A DNA stretch of 64,000 bases from positions 1 through 64,000 of the IMG/VR virus record IMGVR_UViG_3300050343_000256; one strand, 5' to 3'. Numbering within the stretch: the first letter of the stretch is position 1; each line of letters opens with the position of its first letter. The position numbers were made by a program, and so were the translations under genes. The notes under the pieces are model-generated. The model was not told the origin of the DNA, ran no database searches, and saw only the letters and a program-made list of their open reading frames with translations. This DNA is from a virus. Of this stretch, positions 30,901 through 40,142 are shown piece by piece.

Positions 30901-31626
30901 TTGGAAGCCCCGGCATTCGAACCGTTCAAAGCCACTTTTGTTGATGGCAATCAGTTCCCCCAGCGATTGGCCTATACGGCTTTGCATGCTGATTACTCAG
31001 AGAACTTTTCTGATAGCAGCGAGCTCCCTGAAGACAAAGCTGGACGAATCGTTGTTGATCGATTACTGAAGGGCGGCAAAGGCCACTGGGGGCCTCTCGA
31101 GCACCCGTCCATGAGCCTGATGCTTAGGGCAGATCACAACACCATGATGCAGCTGCGAACTCACCGCGTGGGCTGCACGTTCGATTATCAGTCAATGCGG
31201 TATAGCGGTGAGCGCATTCGTAAATGTGCCCAACGAAAAATCAGGCCTGAAGAAGTCTTTTACGTGCGGCCACCTGGCACTTATTGGGACCGCCAGGGCG
31301 ATAAATATATCTGGACAAATAGTCAAGCCGAAGAGACATTGGCGATGTGTCTTTCGTCTGCAATTGATTACGACCGTCTACGACAATCAGGAGCCTCAGA
31401 AGAACACTCGCGGTCAGTGCTGGCAACTGGATACCTTCAGCATGGGCTAGTAACTGGAACGCTCAGGTTCTGGCTTCATCTTCTAGATGTACGAGCGAAA
31501 GCCGATGCTCAAATGGAAATTCGAGACTTAATGAACTTAATCGAGTTACAAGTTCAGCGCTGGGTCCCCGAAATATGGGGATGGTATCAACAACACCGCC
31601 ACCACAAAGCACTACTCGCTCCGTAA
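30901..31626 (+). CDS. thyX: flavin-dependent thymidylate synthase
   Basis: GHWGPLEH; QLRTHR...QSMRY; AQMEIR. Confidence 0.92.
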   Translation: MEAPAFEPFKATFVDGNQFPQRLAYTALHADYSENFSDSSELPEDKAGRIVVDRLLKGGKGHWGPLEHPSMSLMLRADHNTMMQLRTHRVGCTFDYQSMRYSGERIRKCAQRKIRPEEVFYVRPPGTYWDRQGDKYIWTNSQAEETLAMCLSSAIDYDRLRQSGASEEHSRSVLATGYLQHGLVTGTLRFWLHLLDVRAKADAQMEIRDLMNLIELQVQRWVPEIWGWYQQHRHHKALLAP

Positions 31627-31879
31627 ATGCCATTGAACGCCACTCGCAATTCCATTGTTATGGATCAAATAAAAAAAGCTGAACTCTATGGTCCCGTAAA
31701 AACTGACGAGACCGAACAGCAGATCATGCTGATATCCGCTTACGGAGAGTTGCAGGCTTTCTGCCAAGCGACACAAGACAATCCGTGGCAACGCGAACTA
31801 CGAGGTACTGCACAAGCTGCGCTGTTAATCGTGGACAACCTTCTCGACACTTTTGAATCTTTAAGGGATCTTAGAAAAA

Positions 31880-32323
31880 ATGATTAGACCAGAACCAATT
31901 GAAATGCTTGCAAGCTTGTTCCCAGAGCTGCTTAAGGCGAAATCAAAATCTGAACGCGAATCTACAGTCAAGTACAGCCTTCTGGCTTCTGAGGTTGTAT
32001 GCCTGGACCTAATCCGACTATTCGACCAGGGCCTGCAGCGCTATGGCCGTGGCGTCTTGGTGATGCGTCTAAACAAGGGAGCAAGGGACTCAACCTATCT
32101 CACTAATAACGACTTAAGCCAGGACTATGAAATAGCTAAAGCTGATGGCGACAAGAAGACGGCTGAGGCCTTGAAGCAGGTAATCAAATTGATCGACAGC
32201 ACAAATCCTGAGAAGTGGGCAATTCTGATGCGTGTCGACAATTCAGGTATCTCTGCGATGCGAATCAACCGAGAAAATCCGACTGAAAACCTCGAAGCAA
32301 AATTGGAGCAAATCGCAGAATGA
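31880..32323 (+). CDS. hypothetical protein
   Basis: 147-aa ORF in operon. Confidence 0.65.
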   Translation: MIRPEPIEMLASLFPELLKAKSKSERESTVKYSLLASEVVCLDLIRLFDQGLQRYGRGVLVMRLNKGARDSTYLTNNDLSQDYEIAKADGDKKTAEALKQVIKLIDSTNPEKWAILMRVDNSGISAMRINRENPTENLEAKLEQIAE

Positions 32324-32416
32324 GTGACTCCAGTCTTGGCTATTTCACAGTTGGCATATTACTGGGCCTGGTAATTGCCATCACAGCCGATCTTGCACTC
32401 ACACCCTTAATGGCAT

Positions 32417-33049
32417 ATGGGGGTTGAACATCGGATCGAGCTTGGCCCTCCAAAGAATTTAGTGGAAGCCGCTAAAGCAGTGATGGGGGCAATCGACTTT
32501 GACCCCTTCTCTACAAAAGACATTAATCGTCTTGTTCAAGCGGCAAGGTTCTTAGACAGAGACCGTGACGCTGAGCCAGAGATTGCGCTTGAAAACGTAT
32601 TAGCTCCTGACTGGGATCTACCTGGAGAGAAACGAGCCTTTATCGCACCAGCTCATGGGGCTCAGTGGAGTCGCAAACTGATTAATAAAACTCTGCGGGA
32701 ATACCAAAGAGGCAGAGTTGATCAGGCTGTTATCTGGATAAGCAATAACGAAACGCTTACCAAAGTCCCCTGGATCTGGAATTTTCCAGTCTGCATACCA
32801 TTCAAGCGATTACGTGCAACATGGTATGACGACGAATTGGAAAAATTTAAGAACACAGTCCCTGCAAGTTGGTCATCGGTTGTTTATCTGCCGCCTTCAG
32901 ATCCACAACGCTTTCATTCCAAGGTCTCGCTTTTTCATGCCTCATTTTTCACGATGGGCGCGATCATCTTCAACGAGATGAGCGGGCACACTGACTGGGA
33001 AAAAGCTTACGAGCTAGGCATGAAAAAGAAATACAACTATTACACCTAA
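32417..33049 (+). CDS. phage adenine-methyltransferase-like protein with atypical catalytic motif
   Basis: AKAVMGAIDFDPFS; FIAPAH where NPPY is expected. Confidence 0.6.
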   Translation: MGVEHRIELGPPKNLVEAAKAVMGAIDFDPFSTKDINRLVQAARFLDRDRDAEPEIALENVLAPDWDLPGEKRAFIAPAHGAQWSRKLINKTLREYQRGRVDQAVIWISNNETLTKVPWIWNFPVCIPFKRLRATWYDDELEKFKNTVPASWSSVVYLPPSDPQRFHSKVSLFHASFFTMGAIIFNEMSGHTDWEKAYELGMKKKYNYYT

Positions 33050-33477
33050 TGCTCTTACCATTTTCACATTCGGAATTAGATGAGTTCTGCATGCCGGACG
33101 GGGAAATTTTCTACGTCTTGCGCTCTATCGTGTACGACTCATGGCTTACATGGCAAGACGCACTGCCTGAGCCAATAGAACAGAGAACGCTGCTTAACGA
33201 AGACGTAGTTTCTAATGTCGTCAAGTTGGCATCTTCTCTTCATTCGTTTCATCAAAGCCTTCCCGACTATCGACCTCTTACAAAAACACCTTTTAAGGTG
33301 ACTCGATGGTGGGACCCAGACGATAGAGATGAACGCTGGAATAGCGGATCCGCTTGTTTATTTTCAATGACAGACTATTCTGCCACTGATTTAGTACGGC
33401 TGATTCAGAAGAAGACAGAGCTAGCAGTAACACCAGTATCTAAGCGCTACGTTGAGGCATACCTTCCTGACTCGTAA
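33049..33477 (+). CDS. hypothetical protein with weak peptidase-M15-like pattern
   Basis: NVVKLA..L...PFKVTRWW; no metal-binding His seen. Confidence 0.4.
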   Translation: MLLPFSHSELDEFCMPDGEIFYVLRSIVYDSWLTWQDALPEPIEQRTLLNEDVVSNVVKLASSLHSFHQSLPDYRPLTKTPFKVTRWWDPDDRDERWNSGSACLFSMTDYSATDLVRLIQKKTELAVTPVSKRYVEAYLPDS

Positions 33478-33658
33478 AAGGTTTGTACGTAATACTGAAC
33501 TTTGTAAGCTCATTCTTTACGACCGTTGTCCTGTCCTGCGCAGATCCAGTCAACTGGGACAACTGCTATCCGCCTGACAAGTGGCTTGTCCCTTGGATAC
33601 ACGATGTGGTCCACTTGCATAAAGATGGCGCTTATCACGAAGAGAAATGTGCGCTAAA

Positions 33659-34132
33659 TCAATAAGCGGAATAAGTACCACCACTTAGACCACTCAACCC
33701 AGTCGAGTCCAGACCAGTTGAGTCGGCCTTGGGCTCGTCATCAAAATCGTCTCGATCTTTGCTGAACTGTCTATCGATCATTGCTTTGCGCTGCTCAGGA
33801 TCGAATTGCTTGCCAATCCATGACTCCTTGCGAGCACCGAAGCGGCCAGTTCCTTGCTGATCAAAGATCTTACGGTTATCGGCTTGCTTGGCTTGGCGCT
33901 GCTGGATAACACGAGTACCGGTTCTTCTGCCTTCTAGAGATTTTCTTCCTCCTGTACTGCCACCATAATTTTCGGCCTTACGTGCCGTAGCTTTGATATT
34001 GCTCATGTAACGACCAAGCAAAGCTTCACGTTGATCTACGGTTTTATTAGAAGCTTTGACTCCGTTATAGAAGCGCATCCCTGAATATCTTCTATCCATG
34101 ACCAGTCTTTTTATCTGAGGTATCCACGACAT
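33659..34132 (-). CDS. hypothetical basic protein
   Basis: 157-aa ORF. Confidence 0.55.
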   Translation of the reverse strand: MSWIPQIKRLVMDRRYSGMRFYNGVKASNKTVDQREALLGRYMSNIKATARKAENYGGSTGGRKSLEGRRTGTRVIQQRQAKQADNRKIFDQQGTGRFGARKESWIGKQFDPEQRKAMIDRQFSKDRDDFDDEPKADSTGLDSTGLSGLSGGTYSAY

Positions 34133-34170
34133 ATCACATACGTCTCATCTATCCTAGTTCTAATAGCAGA

Positions 34171-34515
34171 ATGTTCTTGACGGTGAAGACGCGATACGAC
34201 CTTATCCCCTTCAAATCCATAGGAGAAATCGCAGACGTTCTCGCCTATGGAGCTGATAAATACACAGCCAACAACTGGTGTCGAGGCACAAACTGGGGCC
34301 GGTATTTCGCTGCTCTGTGCAGGCACATCTTTGCCTGGTGGGCTGGAGAAGACAAAGACCCAGAGACTGGCTTCTCCCATCTCGCTCATGCAGGGTGCTG
34401 CTTGATCTTCCTAATGGAATATCAACGCAATCAGTGGGGAGAAGACGATCGCTTCTCCGGTCCCGATGGGAAACACTTCACTAAATACGACGGTATCGAT
34501 TTAGATCTCAGCTAG
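34171..34515 (+). CDS. dATP/dGTP diphosphohydrolase (DUF5664)
   Basis: RYDLIP...GADKY..NNW..G...RH......ED.DPETG.SHLAHA. Confidence 0.88.
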   Translation: MFLTVKTRYDLIPFKSIGEIADVLAYGADKYTANNWCRGTNWGRYFAALCRHIFAWWAGEDKDPETGFSHLAHAGCCLIFLMEYQRNQWGEDDRFSGPDGKHFTKYDGIDLDLS

Positions 34516-35128
34516 TATGAATCGCTCTTGCGTTGAAGGCAATAGACCACCGCTCACCCTCACCTTTGAACGGACCTACCGAATGCTGCTGTAAAGCAGG
34601 GAACACATAGAAGTCTCGCTCAACAGGTGTAAACGTAGTTTTCATTCCCATTTGGAACTTGTCTGGGTTGAAGCTTTCTGGCCCATGGAATTCAATACAG
34701 CCTCCTTGTTGTTCCAAGATTTGCTCCGGTACTTTTAGATACAAAACACCAGAAAATTCTTGACTATGAACATGGGGAGGGTTGTAATCACCAGCCTCCT
34801 GCACATTCAGCCACATATCATTTACTTGGATTGAATATGTACCTGCAGTCCAATACATTTGCCCCATAAGCGGCCAGTCTTTCTTGGATTCTTCAATCCA
34901 ATCGACGCATGACTTGCTAAAGAGAATGTCTAGCTCATTCCACGTGAAATGATTGGTTGGTATTGCAAGCTGCTGCTTAAGGCTCCCTGCAAGATCGTTC
35001 GATTTGTCAATGGCATCCGGGCTATCTATGAGCTCTTCACAGAGGACAACTAGATCCTCATGCAGCACTTCGCTGATCACACCTTTCCCGACGTTCCTCG
35101 GGAACAAGTGAAACATTTTCGCAAGCAT
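34508..35128 (-). CDS. 2OG-Fe(II) oxygenase
   Basis: WLN....DYNPPHVH...SGVLYL; FP....H.V; RWSIAFN. Confidence 0.9.
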   Translation of the reverse strand: MLAKMFHLFPRNVGKGVISEVLHEDLVVLCEELIDSPDAIDKSNDLAGSLKQQLAIPTNHFTWNELDILFSKSCVDWIEESKKDWPLMGQMYWTAGTYSIQVNDMWLNVQEAGDYNPPHVHSQEFSGVLYLKVPEQILEQQGGCIEFHGPESFNPDKFQMGMKTTFTPVERDFYVFPALQQHSVGPFKGEGERWSIAFNARAIHTS

Positions 35129-35481
35129 TACTCTGGAGCGAACTGACTATTTAGTTGGTTCATCCGCTCACCAAGAGCAGCAAGCTGTTCATTGATCTTC
35201 TTATTCATTGCAGCAGGTGTCTGTTCGTTCCCACCGAAAACTGCTGATTGCCTAGCAATCTGCTGTTGCTGCTGTTGCTGTTGTGCCATTCGTTGGGCCT
35301 CGATCTGAGCTACTTGCTGAAATGCGCTCTGCACTTCGTTTCGGGTAATCAGCTCAGGAACAGATTCTTCGAGCAATGCAAGTCGCTTACTAAGTTGACC
35401 GCTACGAAACACGGCGCTCATTCCTTGCCCGGAAAGAACGCCGATCAGCGCAGCTAGCGCTCCAATTGCAACTGAGCCCAT
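35128..35481 (-). CDS. membrane protein next to the endolysin (lysis accessory candidate)
   Basis: N-terminal transmembrane segment, coiled coil, poly-Q. Confidence 0.55.
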   Translation of the reverse strand: MGSVAIGALAALIGVLSGQGMSAVFRSGQLSKRLALLEESVPELITRNEVQSAFQQVAQIEAQRMAQQQQQQQQIARQSAVFGGNEQTPAAMNKKINEQLAALGERMNQLNSQFAPE

Positions 35482-35513
35482 GAATAAATATGATTCTCAG
35501 CTGAATGTAACAA

Positions 35514-36152
35514 CTAAAGACCTACGATCTCCCTGACACGATTCAAGACATTACCTATAGCCCCAAAGCGTTGTACCTCTTCGGGAGGGATATTTTTCAT
35601 TTTATCCATTGCCATTCTGTTCTTTCCCGCAGGTGATGAAGGCAAGTTGAGAGAAGCCCCTCCCATGTTCTGATACTGACCTCCATACACTGCTTGCAGC
35701 TCGTTAAGAGACTTGCCCCCTTGGCCGTAATACGAGGTGCCTGTTGCTGCTGTGGGGAATGATGCCCATTCCGGAGCTAAGGCATCAGCTACCCTCTCGC
35801 TCATCCCGTCACTTGTAATTACATCCAAGCCTCCCAACCCTTGTAGCCGGCGATCCGCTAACGCCAACGCAGCAATATCTTGATTGATCGGAGAGAAATC
35901 GTTGAGGCCTAGGCTTTTCGCCAAGGGCTCATATGTCGTGCTTAGGAATTGGTACGCTCCTGCCGCATCGCTAGAAAGGCCATTACCAGATTGAATAAGC
36001 CGTGGGTGCCTACTTAAATCATTAAACTTGGCACCTGTGAACATGGTGTTATAACCATCCTCCCCCGCTGTCCCTTCAGCGAACCGTATCGTTTGCAGAA
36101 GCTTTTGCCCCGCAGGAGTATTTCTAAATTGTTCGTAGTAACCCCTACTCAT
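35514..36152 (-). CDS. lambda-R-like lysozyme/transglycosylase (endolysin or virion lysin)
   Basis: TIRFAEGT; SDAAGAYQFL..T; FSP.NQD; EWASFP. Confidence 0.9.
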   Translation of the reverse strand: MSRGYYEQFRNTPAGQKLLQTIRFAEGTAGEDGYNTMFTGAKFNDLSRHPRLIQSGNGLSSDAAGAYQFLSTTYEPLAKSLGLNDFSPINQDIAALALADRRLQGLGGLDVITSDGMSERVADALAPEWASFPTAATGTSYYGQGGKSLNELQAVYGGQYQNMGGASLNLPSSPAGKNRMAMDKMKNIPPEEVQRFGAIGNVLNRVREIVGL

Positions 36153-36486
36153 TGTCTACGCCTAAAACAATTTCGTCCATGTCCAACTCCATTGTGGCAG
36201 ATTCATAGACATCCTTTATGTAATTAACAGCTTCTTCTTCTGTAGGTTCGTAGCCAAATATTGATTCCAGATCTTCCATGCTGTCAGGGGAGAAAGGATC
36301 CCTTTGCTCATCAACCCGGAAAACTATTCCAGCCCCTCTACTGAATTCCATGAAGCTCTGCTTCAGCTGAAACCTCACCTCCCAACAACCCAGCAAGGCT
36401 TCGACGAGTTCCTCCCTGTTGAGATCTTTCGCTTCTAGCTCGACCCGTTTTAGGATGAACTTCTGTTCTTGCGTTAGTTCGTACAT
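36145..36486 (-). CDS. nblA: NblA-like phycobilisome degradation protein with acidic extension
   Basis: ELTQEQKF.L..VE......NREEL...L. Confidence 0.6.
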   Translation of the reverse strand: MYELTQEQKFILKRVELEAKDLNREELVEALLGCWEVRFQLKQSFMEFSRGAGIVFRVDEQRDPFSPDSMEDLESIFGYEPTEEEAVNYIKDVYESATMELDMDEIVLGVDNE

Positions 36487-36859
36487 TTAAAGCCTCGCCG
36501 ATTGTCCAATGCGTCGAGATGGGCGCGACCCACGCGGACACCTTGTCGGCTCGCTTTTGACAAAACCAAGACGTCGACCTCCACCAATCTAAGTAATTCG
36601 GACTAGACCCTTTGGCCCGATTGCAGCGAACGCAGCATGGAACGATGTTGGTTCGAGCCCATCGGTCACCGCCCCACCTTCTGGGTAGAACGTGATCCAA
36701 TGTCATTTCCAATGTAGTGCCTTCAGAATCTTGGGATCGACCGCAGTAAGCGCATCCGTCCCAGGCATCTTTTATTGCTTGCCTATATCTTCTGATCGCT
36801 GCCCTTGGTTGCAAATCTTGCAGAGTGATTATGTACCACTCGGGATGTTCAGGCGTCAT
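36338..36859 (-). CDS. HNH endonuclease
   Basis: CAYCG; TLDHVLPR..GG; NIVPCCVRCNRAKG. Confidence 0.9.
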   Translation of the reverse strand: MTPEHPEWYIITLQDLQPRAAIRRYRQAIKDAWDGCAYCGRSQDSEGTTLEMTLDHVLPRRWGGDRWARTNIVPCCVRCNRAKGSSPNYLDWWRSTSWFCQKRADKVSAWVAPISTHWTIGEALNVRTNARTEVHPKTGRARSERSQQGGTRRSLAGLLGGEVSAEAELHGIQ

Positions 36860-36924
36860 AAGCTAGCAATAGCTATATGGCAACCCTAAATATATTTTTT
36901 AGTGAACAAAATACATCAACACCC

Positions 36925-37050
36925 AAGCTCGATTAGCCTGGGCATTCGACTTAATTCTTCCAGGTGCGGCTAAGGCCCCATCAAAACCTTGAAGTCCTTA
37001 CGGATACTTCACACCTGGAGGCTCAGAGGCTTCGCCACCCCACCGAGCTC
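36925..37050 (-). ncRNA. candidate structured ncRNA (about 125 nt)
   Basis: 9-bp closing stem and nested helices with a GNRA loop; promoter immediately upstream. Confidence 0.65.
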
Positions 37051-37054
37051 CCAA

Positions 37055-37083
37055 AGCATAGCGAGTAAGCATGCATAGTGCAA
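37055..37083 (-). promoter_or_regulatory. sigma70-type promoter
   Basis: TTGCAC-17 nt-TATGCT. Confidence 0.65.
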
Positions 37084-37096
37084 GAGCTTTCTCGCA

Positions 37097-37133
37097 TAAA
37101 AAAGCCCCTCTGGTGGCGGCCAGAAGGGCTTTC
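37097..37133 (-). terminator. intrinsic terminator, possibly bidirectional
   Basis: A6-GCCC...GGGC-TTT hairpin after the OMP-like gene. Confidence 0.7.
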
Positions 37134-37146
37134 GTTTTGAATGCTA

Positions 37147-37506
37147 CTAGAACGAGTACTTGGCTCCGAGCTTAGTGCCGTAGGAATTAAGCTCGTCTCC
37201 GGTCAAAAATGCTGCTTCCCAATAGGCAGAAAGCTTTTCGGTGACGCCAATACTGCCGCCCACCTTGCCGCTGAGTTCTACCTCCCCGTCAGCTCCTGCA
37301 GGAGTCACGTAGGCCGGTCCAGCCTGGGCGTAGACAGCCATTGCGCCGAGCTGGCCTTCAGCACCAATGGCCAGCTCAGTGATCGCACCGGAGTGGTCTT
37401 GTCCAACGAATCCGTCGTTGCGTTCGCCGTTCACGTAGAAGCCACCGGCTTGGGCGGGAATAGCCAGGGCGAAAGCACCGGCCAAAGCGAAAATAGATTT
37501 AAACAC
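37147..37506 (-). CDS. small outer-membrane beta-barrel-like protein
   Basis: Signal peptide ending AQA; amphipathic strands; C-terminal KYSF. Confidence 0.75.
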   Translation of the reverse strand: MFKSIFALAGAFALAIPAQAGGFYVNGERNDGFVGQDHSGAITELAIGAEGQLGAMAVYAQAGPAYVTPAGADGEVELSGKVGGSIGVTEKLSAYWEAAFLTGDELNSYGTKLGAKYSF

Positions 37507-37615
37507 TGCGTAGGTAAAAATACGTCAATACAATTTTAGTAATAATCTTGCGTTATGAAATCCTTGTCATGCGGACAAGCAATCGCTACGCTGCACGACA
37601 AGTCACACACGGCGC

Positions 37616-37891
37616 ATGACCGATAACGCCACAGCTGCTCGGCTCCGTCGAGAGTTTTACCTTGCCAAGGCGCAAAAGGTCCGCGACCGCCCTGGGCTCA
37701 AGTACTCATTTACTGAGAACGGCAAGATACGCTTCGGCTTCGCTTCAGGCAGCTGCAAGCGCCAGATTCGTGATGCTGTGCTGAAGGCTCACCCCGACGC
37801 CACTTTTATTCCGTCAGGGTCACACCTTCCTCGGTCGTCACAGTCGTTAAAGAGTGACCGCCCTCTGCAAGCAGCTCATAAGCGGCACTGA
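37616..37891 (+). CDS. small basic protein convergent with the integrase
   Basis: Own promoter-like TTGTCA-17-TACGCT at about 37564. Confidence 0.5.
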   Translation: MTDNATAARLRREFYLAKAQKVRDRPGLKYSFTENGKIRFGFASGSCKRQIRDAVLKAHPDATFIPSGSHLPRSSQSLKSDRPLQAAHKRH

Positions 37892-39581
37892 AGTCGATTG
37901 GCTGCCAGTCGATCTCCCCCTCGCCAATCGAAAGGCCAAGAAGCAATGCTTCGCTGTCGACATGAATGCCAATGCCGAGTTGCTTTAAAGCTGCATTGGC
38001 TTGATGACGTTGCTCCTGAGAGCTAGTTCCGTTAATTAGATCAAACTTCAGGGGTTCAATAATTGTCTCCACAGCTTCGAGAGCTAATGGATTTTCGTTC
38101 CTCGACAGCTTGGCCCGTATATCAGCCAGCCGTATGTCGACACTTCGCTCTTCCTGATCTTTGTCTGCGATCCGATGCTGCAGAGTGCTGAAAATACTGT
38201 CGAAAGCTGGACCTCCAATTTCAGCGGCACGGCCAATGCTTTCCTGAATGTTTAAACGTTCGGTGTTGACCTGTTCTTTCTTAAGTAAAAGTCGATCTAC
38301 TTGAGATCGCAGGTTCACAGCTTCTCCTTCTACGTTTCCACTGCCGCTTAATTGCAGCAAGGAATTTAGGTTTATCCGGGACAAGACAATTGCCAATACG
38401 TCACGCATCGGCAAGTAGGGACGTCGACATTCTTCGCTGTTCATTCGTGAGCGACATGCGATATATCTGATCAATGCATTCGGTGGATGGCCTCCGACAC
38501 ACGTGGACATCGAGCCGCCGCATGCACAACGAGTCAGGCCGCGCCCAATCCAATGCATCTTGGTGTTTGGGCCTGGACGATTTTTTGTTCTATTCCGAGC
38601 GGCGATGATCGAGATCACTTCTTCGACTTCTCGCTTTGGAAGAACAGGAGGAAATACGCCCTCAACGATTTCTTTTGGCTCTTGCGCAGCTCCACGAACA
38701 ACGCCTTGCTGAGCGCGTGGGTCGTAGTAATTACCACTGCCATCCTTCAGCTCTCCATTTGGACCCCGCTTAAGAGGCTTCCACGCCCCTTTCGGCTTGA
38801 TCGCTACAGCTCCATAAATCTGGTGTGACGCACGGATCATTGAAGAGAGATTGCTAGCCGTCCACATAGATGCCTTCATCGGCTTGTGGCCCTCTTCGTT
38901 GAGAACTTTTGCCGTCTGCGAGTACCCGTAATTCTTAAGCAGTTCCATCGCCTTGGCGATAGCAACCGCCTTTTCGTTCAGCTCCCAACGCTGACGCTTC
39001 TCATCCCAGCTCACCCAACAAGGAGCGTTTTGCTTCTTCCTGCTTACAACACCACTGGCTAATTGTTTACGAACCTCTTCCCAGTTGTATTCCTGTCGAC
39101 GCGCAAGCCGCAGCGAATACTCATGAGCAGCTTGACATTTCAGGACCAGCATTATGAGTGCTGCGCCATCCCCATCGATTTTCTCTTTGTTGTAAAAATT
39201 ATTGTCTTCTATCGTCACGATCGTGACGTCTGCGTTGATGAGCCTTAGGAAGACTCCTTCCAGCGCCTTGCGACTCTTCATCCGAGATACCCGATCGACA
39301 GCTTCGATAAGAAGTACCGGGTTAGTACCAAGCAAGCGCCGATCAGCCATCTCTAGAAAGCGGTCCAGGGGGCTTCCTTTCCGCATGTGCTTGGCGTGAT
39401 ATGCCGATTTACCTGGATCGCTTAGCGCTCGATCGTCAGCCAGTTCGAGCCCATGCCGATCGCACCAGTTGAGAGCGTCGGATCCCTGCCGGGCAAGGCC
39501 AGAACCTTTGGTCTGAATGATATGAGAGACCCTCTCGAAAGACCAGATCGTGCCTGCCTTGAAGCCCAGATCTCTGTCCAC
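37806..39581 (-). CDS. large serine recombinase (integrase)
   Basis: FERVS catalytic Ser; DRVSR; recombinase domain; C.CG...C Zn ribbon; coiled coil. Confidence 0.92.
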   Translation of the reverse strand: MDRDLGFKAGTIWSFERVSHIIQTKGSGLARQGSDALNWCDRHGLELADDRALSDPGKSAYHAKHMRKGSPLDRFLEMADRRLLGTNPVLLIEAVDRVSRMKSRKALEGVFLRLINADVTIVTIEDNNFYNKEKIDGDGAALIMLVLKCQAAHEYSLRLARRQEYNWEEVRKQLASGVVSRKKQNAPCWVSWDEKRQRWELNEKAVAIAKAMELLKNYGYSQTAKVLNEEGHKPMKASMWTASNLSSMIRASHQIYGAVAIKPKGAWKPLKRGPNGELKDGSGNYYDPRAQQGVVRGAAQEPKEIVEGVFPPVLPKREVEEVISIIAARNRTKNRPGPNTKMHWIGRGLTRCACGGSMSTCVGGHPPNALIRYIACRSRMNSEECRRPYLPMRDVLAIVLSRINLNSLLQLSGSGNVEGEAVNLRSQVDRLLLKKEQVNTERLNIQESIGRAAEIGGPAFDSIFSTLQHRIADKDQEERSVDIRLADIRAKLSRNENPLALEAVETIIEPLKFDLINGTSSQEQRHQANAALKQLGIGIHVDSEALLLGLSIGEGEIDWQPIDFSAAYELLAEGGHSLTTVTTEEGVTLTE

Positions 39582-39595
39582 GTCCCAAACCGGTA

Positions 39596-39643
39596 ATGTA
39601 CTTCGATCACCGTAGTGAGGACACTGCCACCGGTCAAGTACAT
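39596..39643. other. candidate attP site
   Basis: 48-bp dyad: ATGTACTT/AAGTACAT outer arms, AGTG/CACT inner arms, central GG. Confidence 0.6.
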
Positions 39644-40142
39644 CGCTTAAGTGCCTGGTATCACTACATCCAGGGCCAACTAATTACTACATCTCCCTTC
39701 CAGAGCTCGGGGTCGATGGGAGTCTTCTTGACATAATTTCTAAATGCCTGCTGAAATTCAGCCAGCGGCATCCCGACATTTTTCGCCGCATGGGCGACAT
39801 TTGTTTGGCCTCTGTAGCAATCGTGCAGGGCTTCCTCCAGAGAGGTAATCATCAAGAAAAATCCGTAGAAAGAACGCTAACGATTTCGCTAAGGCCTACT
39901 CGGCACTGCCCCTGGATTTAGCACTCCATATTTTCAAGGTTGTAATCCAGTAGACATCGGTAAACCTGATCCTTTTTCTTAACGAGAAATGCTTGCTCAG
40001 CTGGGTCCCCTCCAGGCCAGAGCTCAAGCGCCTTGCATGTCGTTCTGTACTCAAGCCTGAGGCTGTTAATGCAGTAAGAGAAACTAGCGACTGGCTGAGA
40101 GTCCATTACTAATAACAATTAGTTGAGTTCATCACAGTTATT

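Noticed and set aside
34171-34515. 2-aminoadenine (Z-genome) pathway
   Set aside because: DUF5664 alone is widespread; no purZ or datZ in this window, though they could lie outside it
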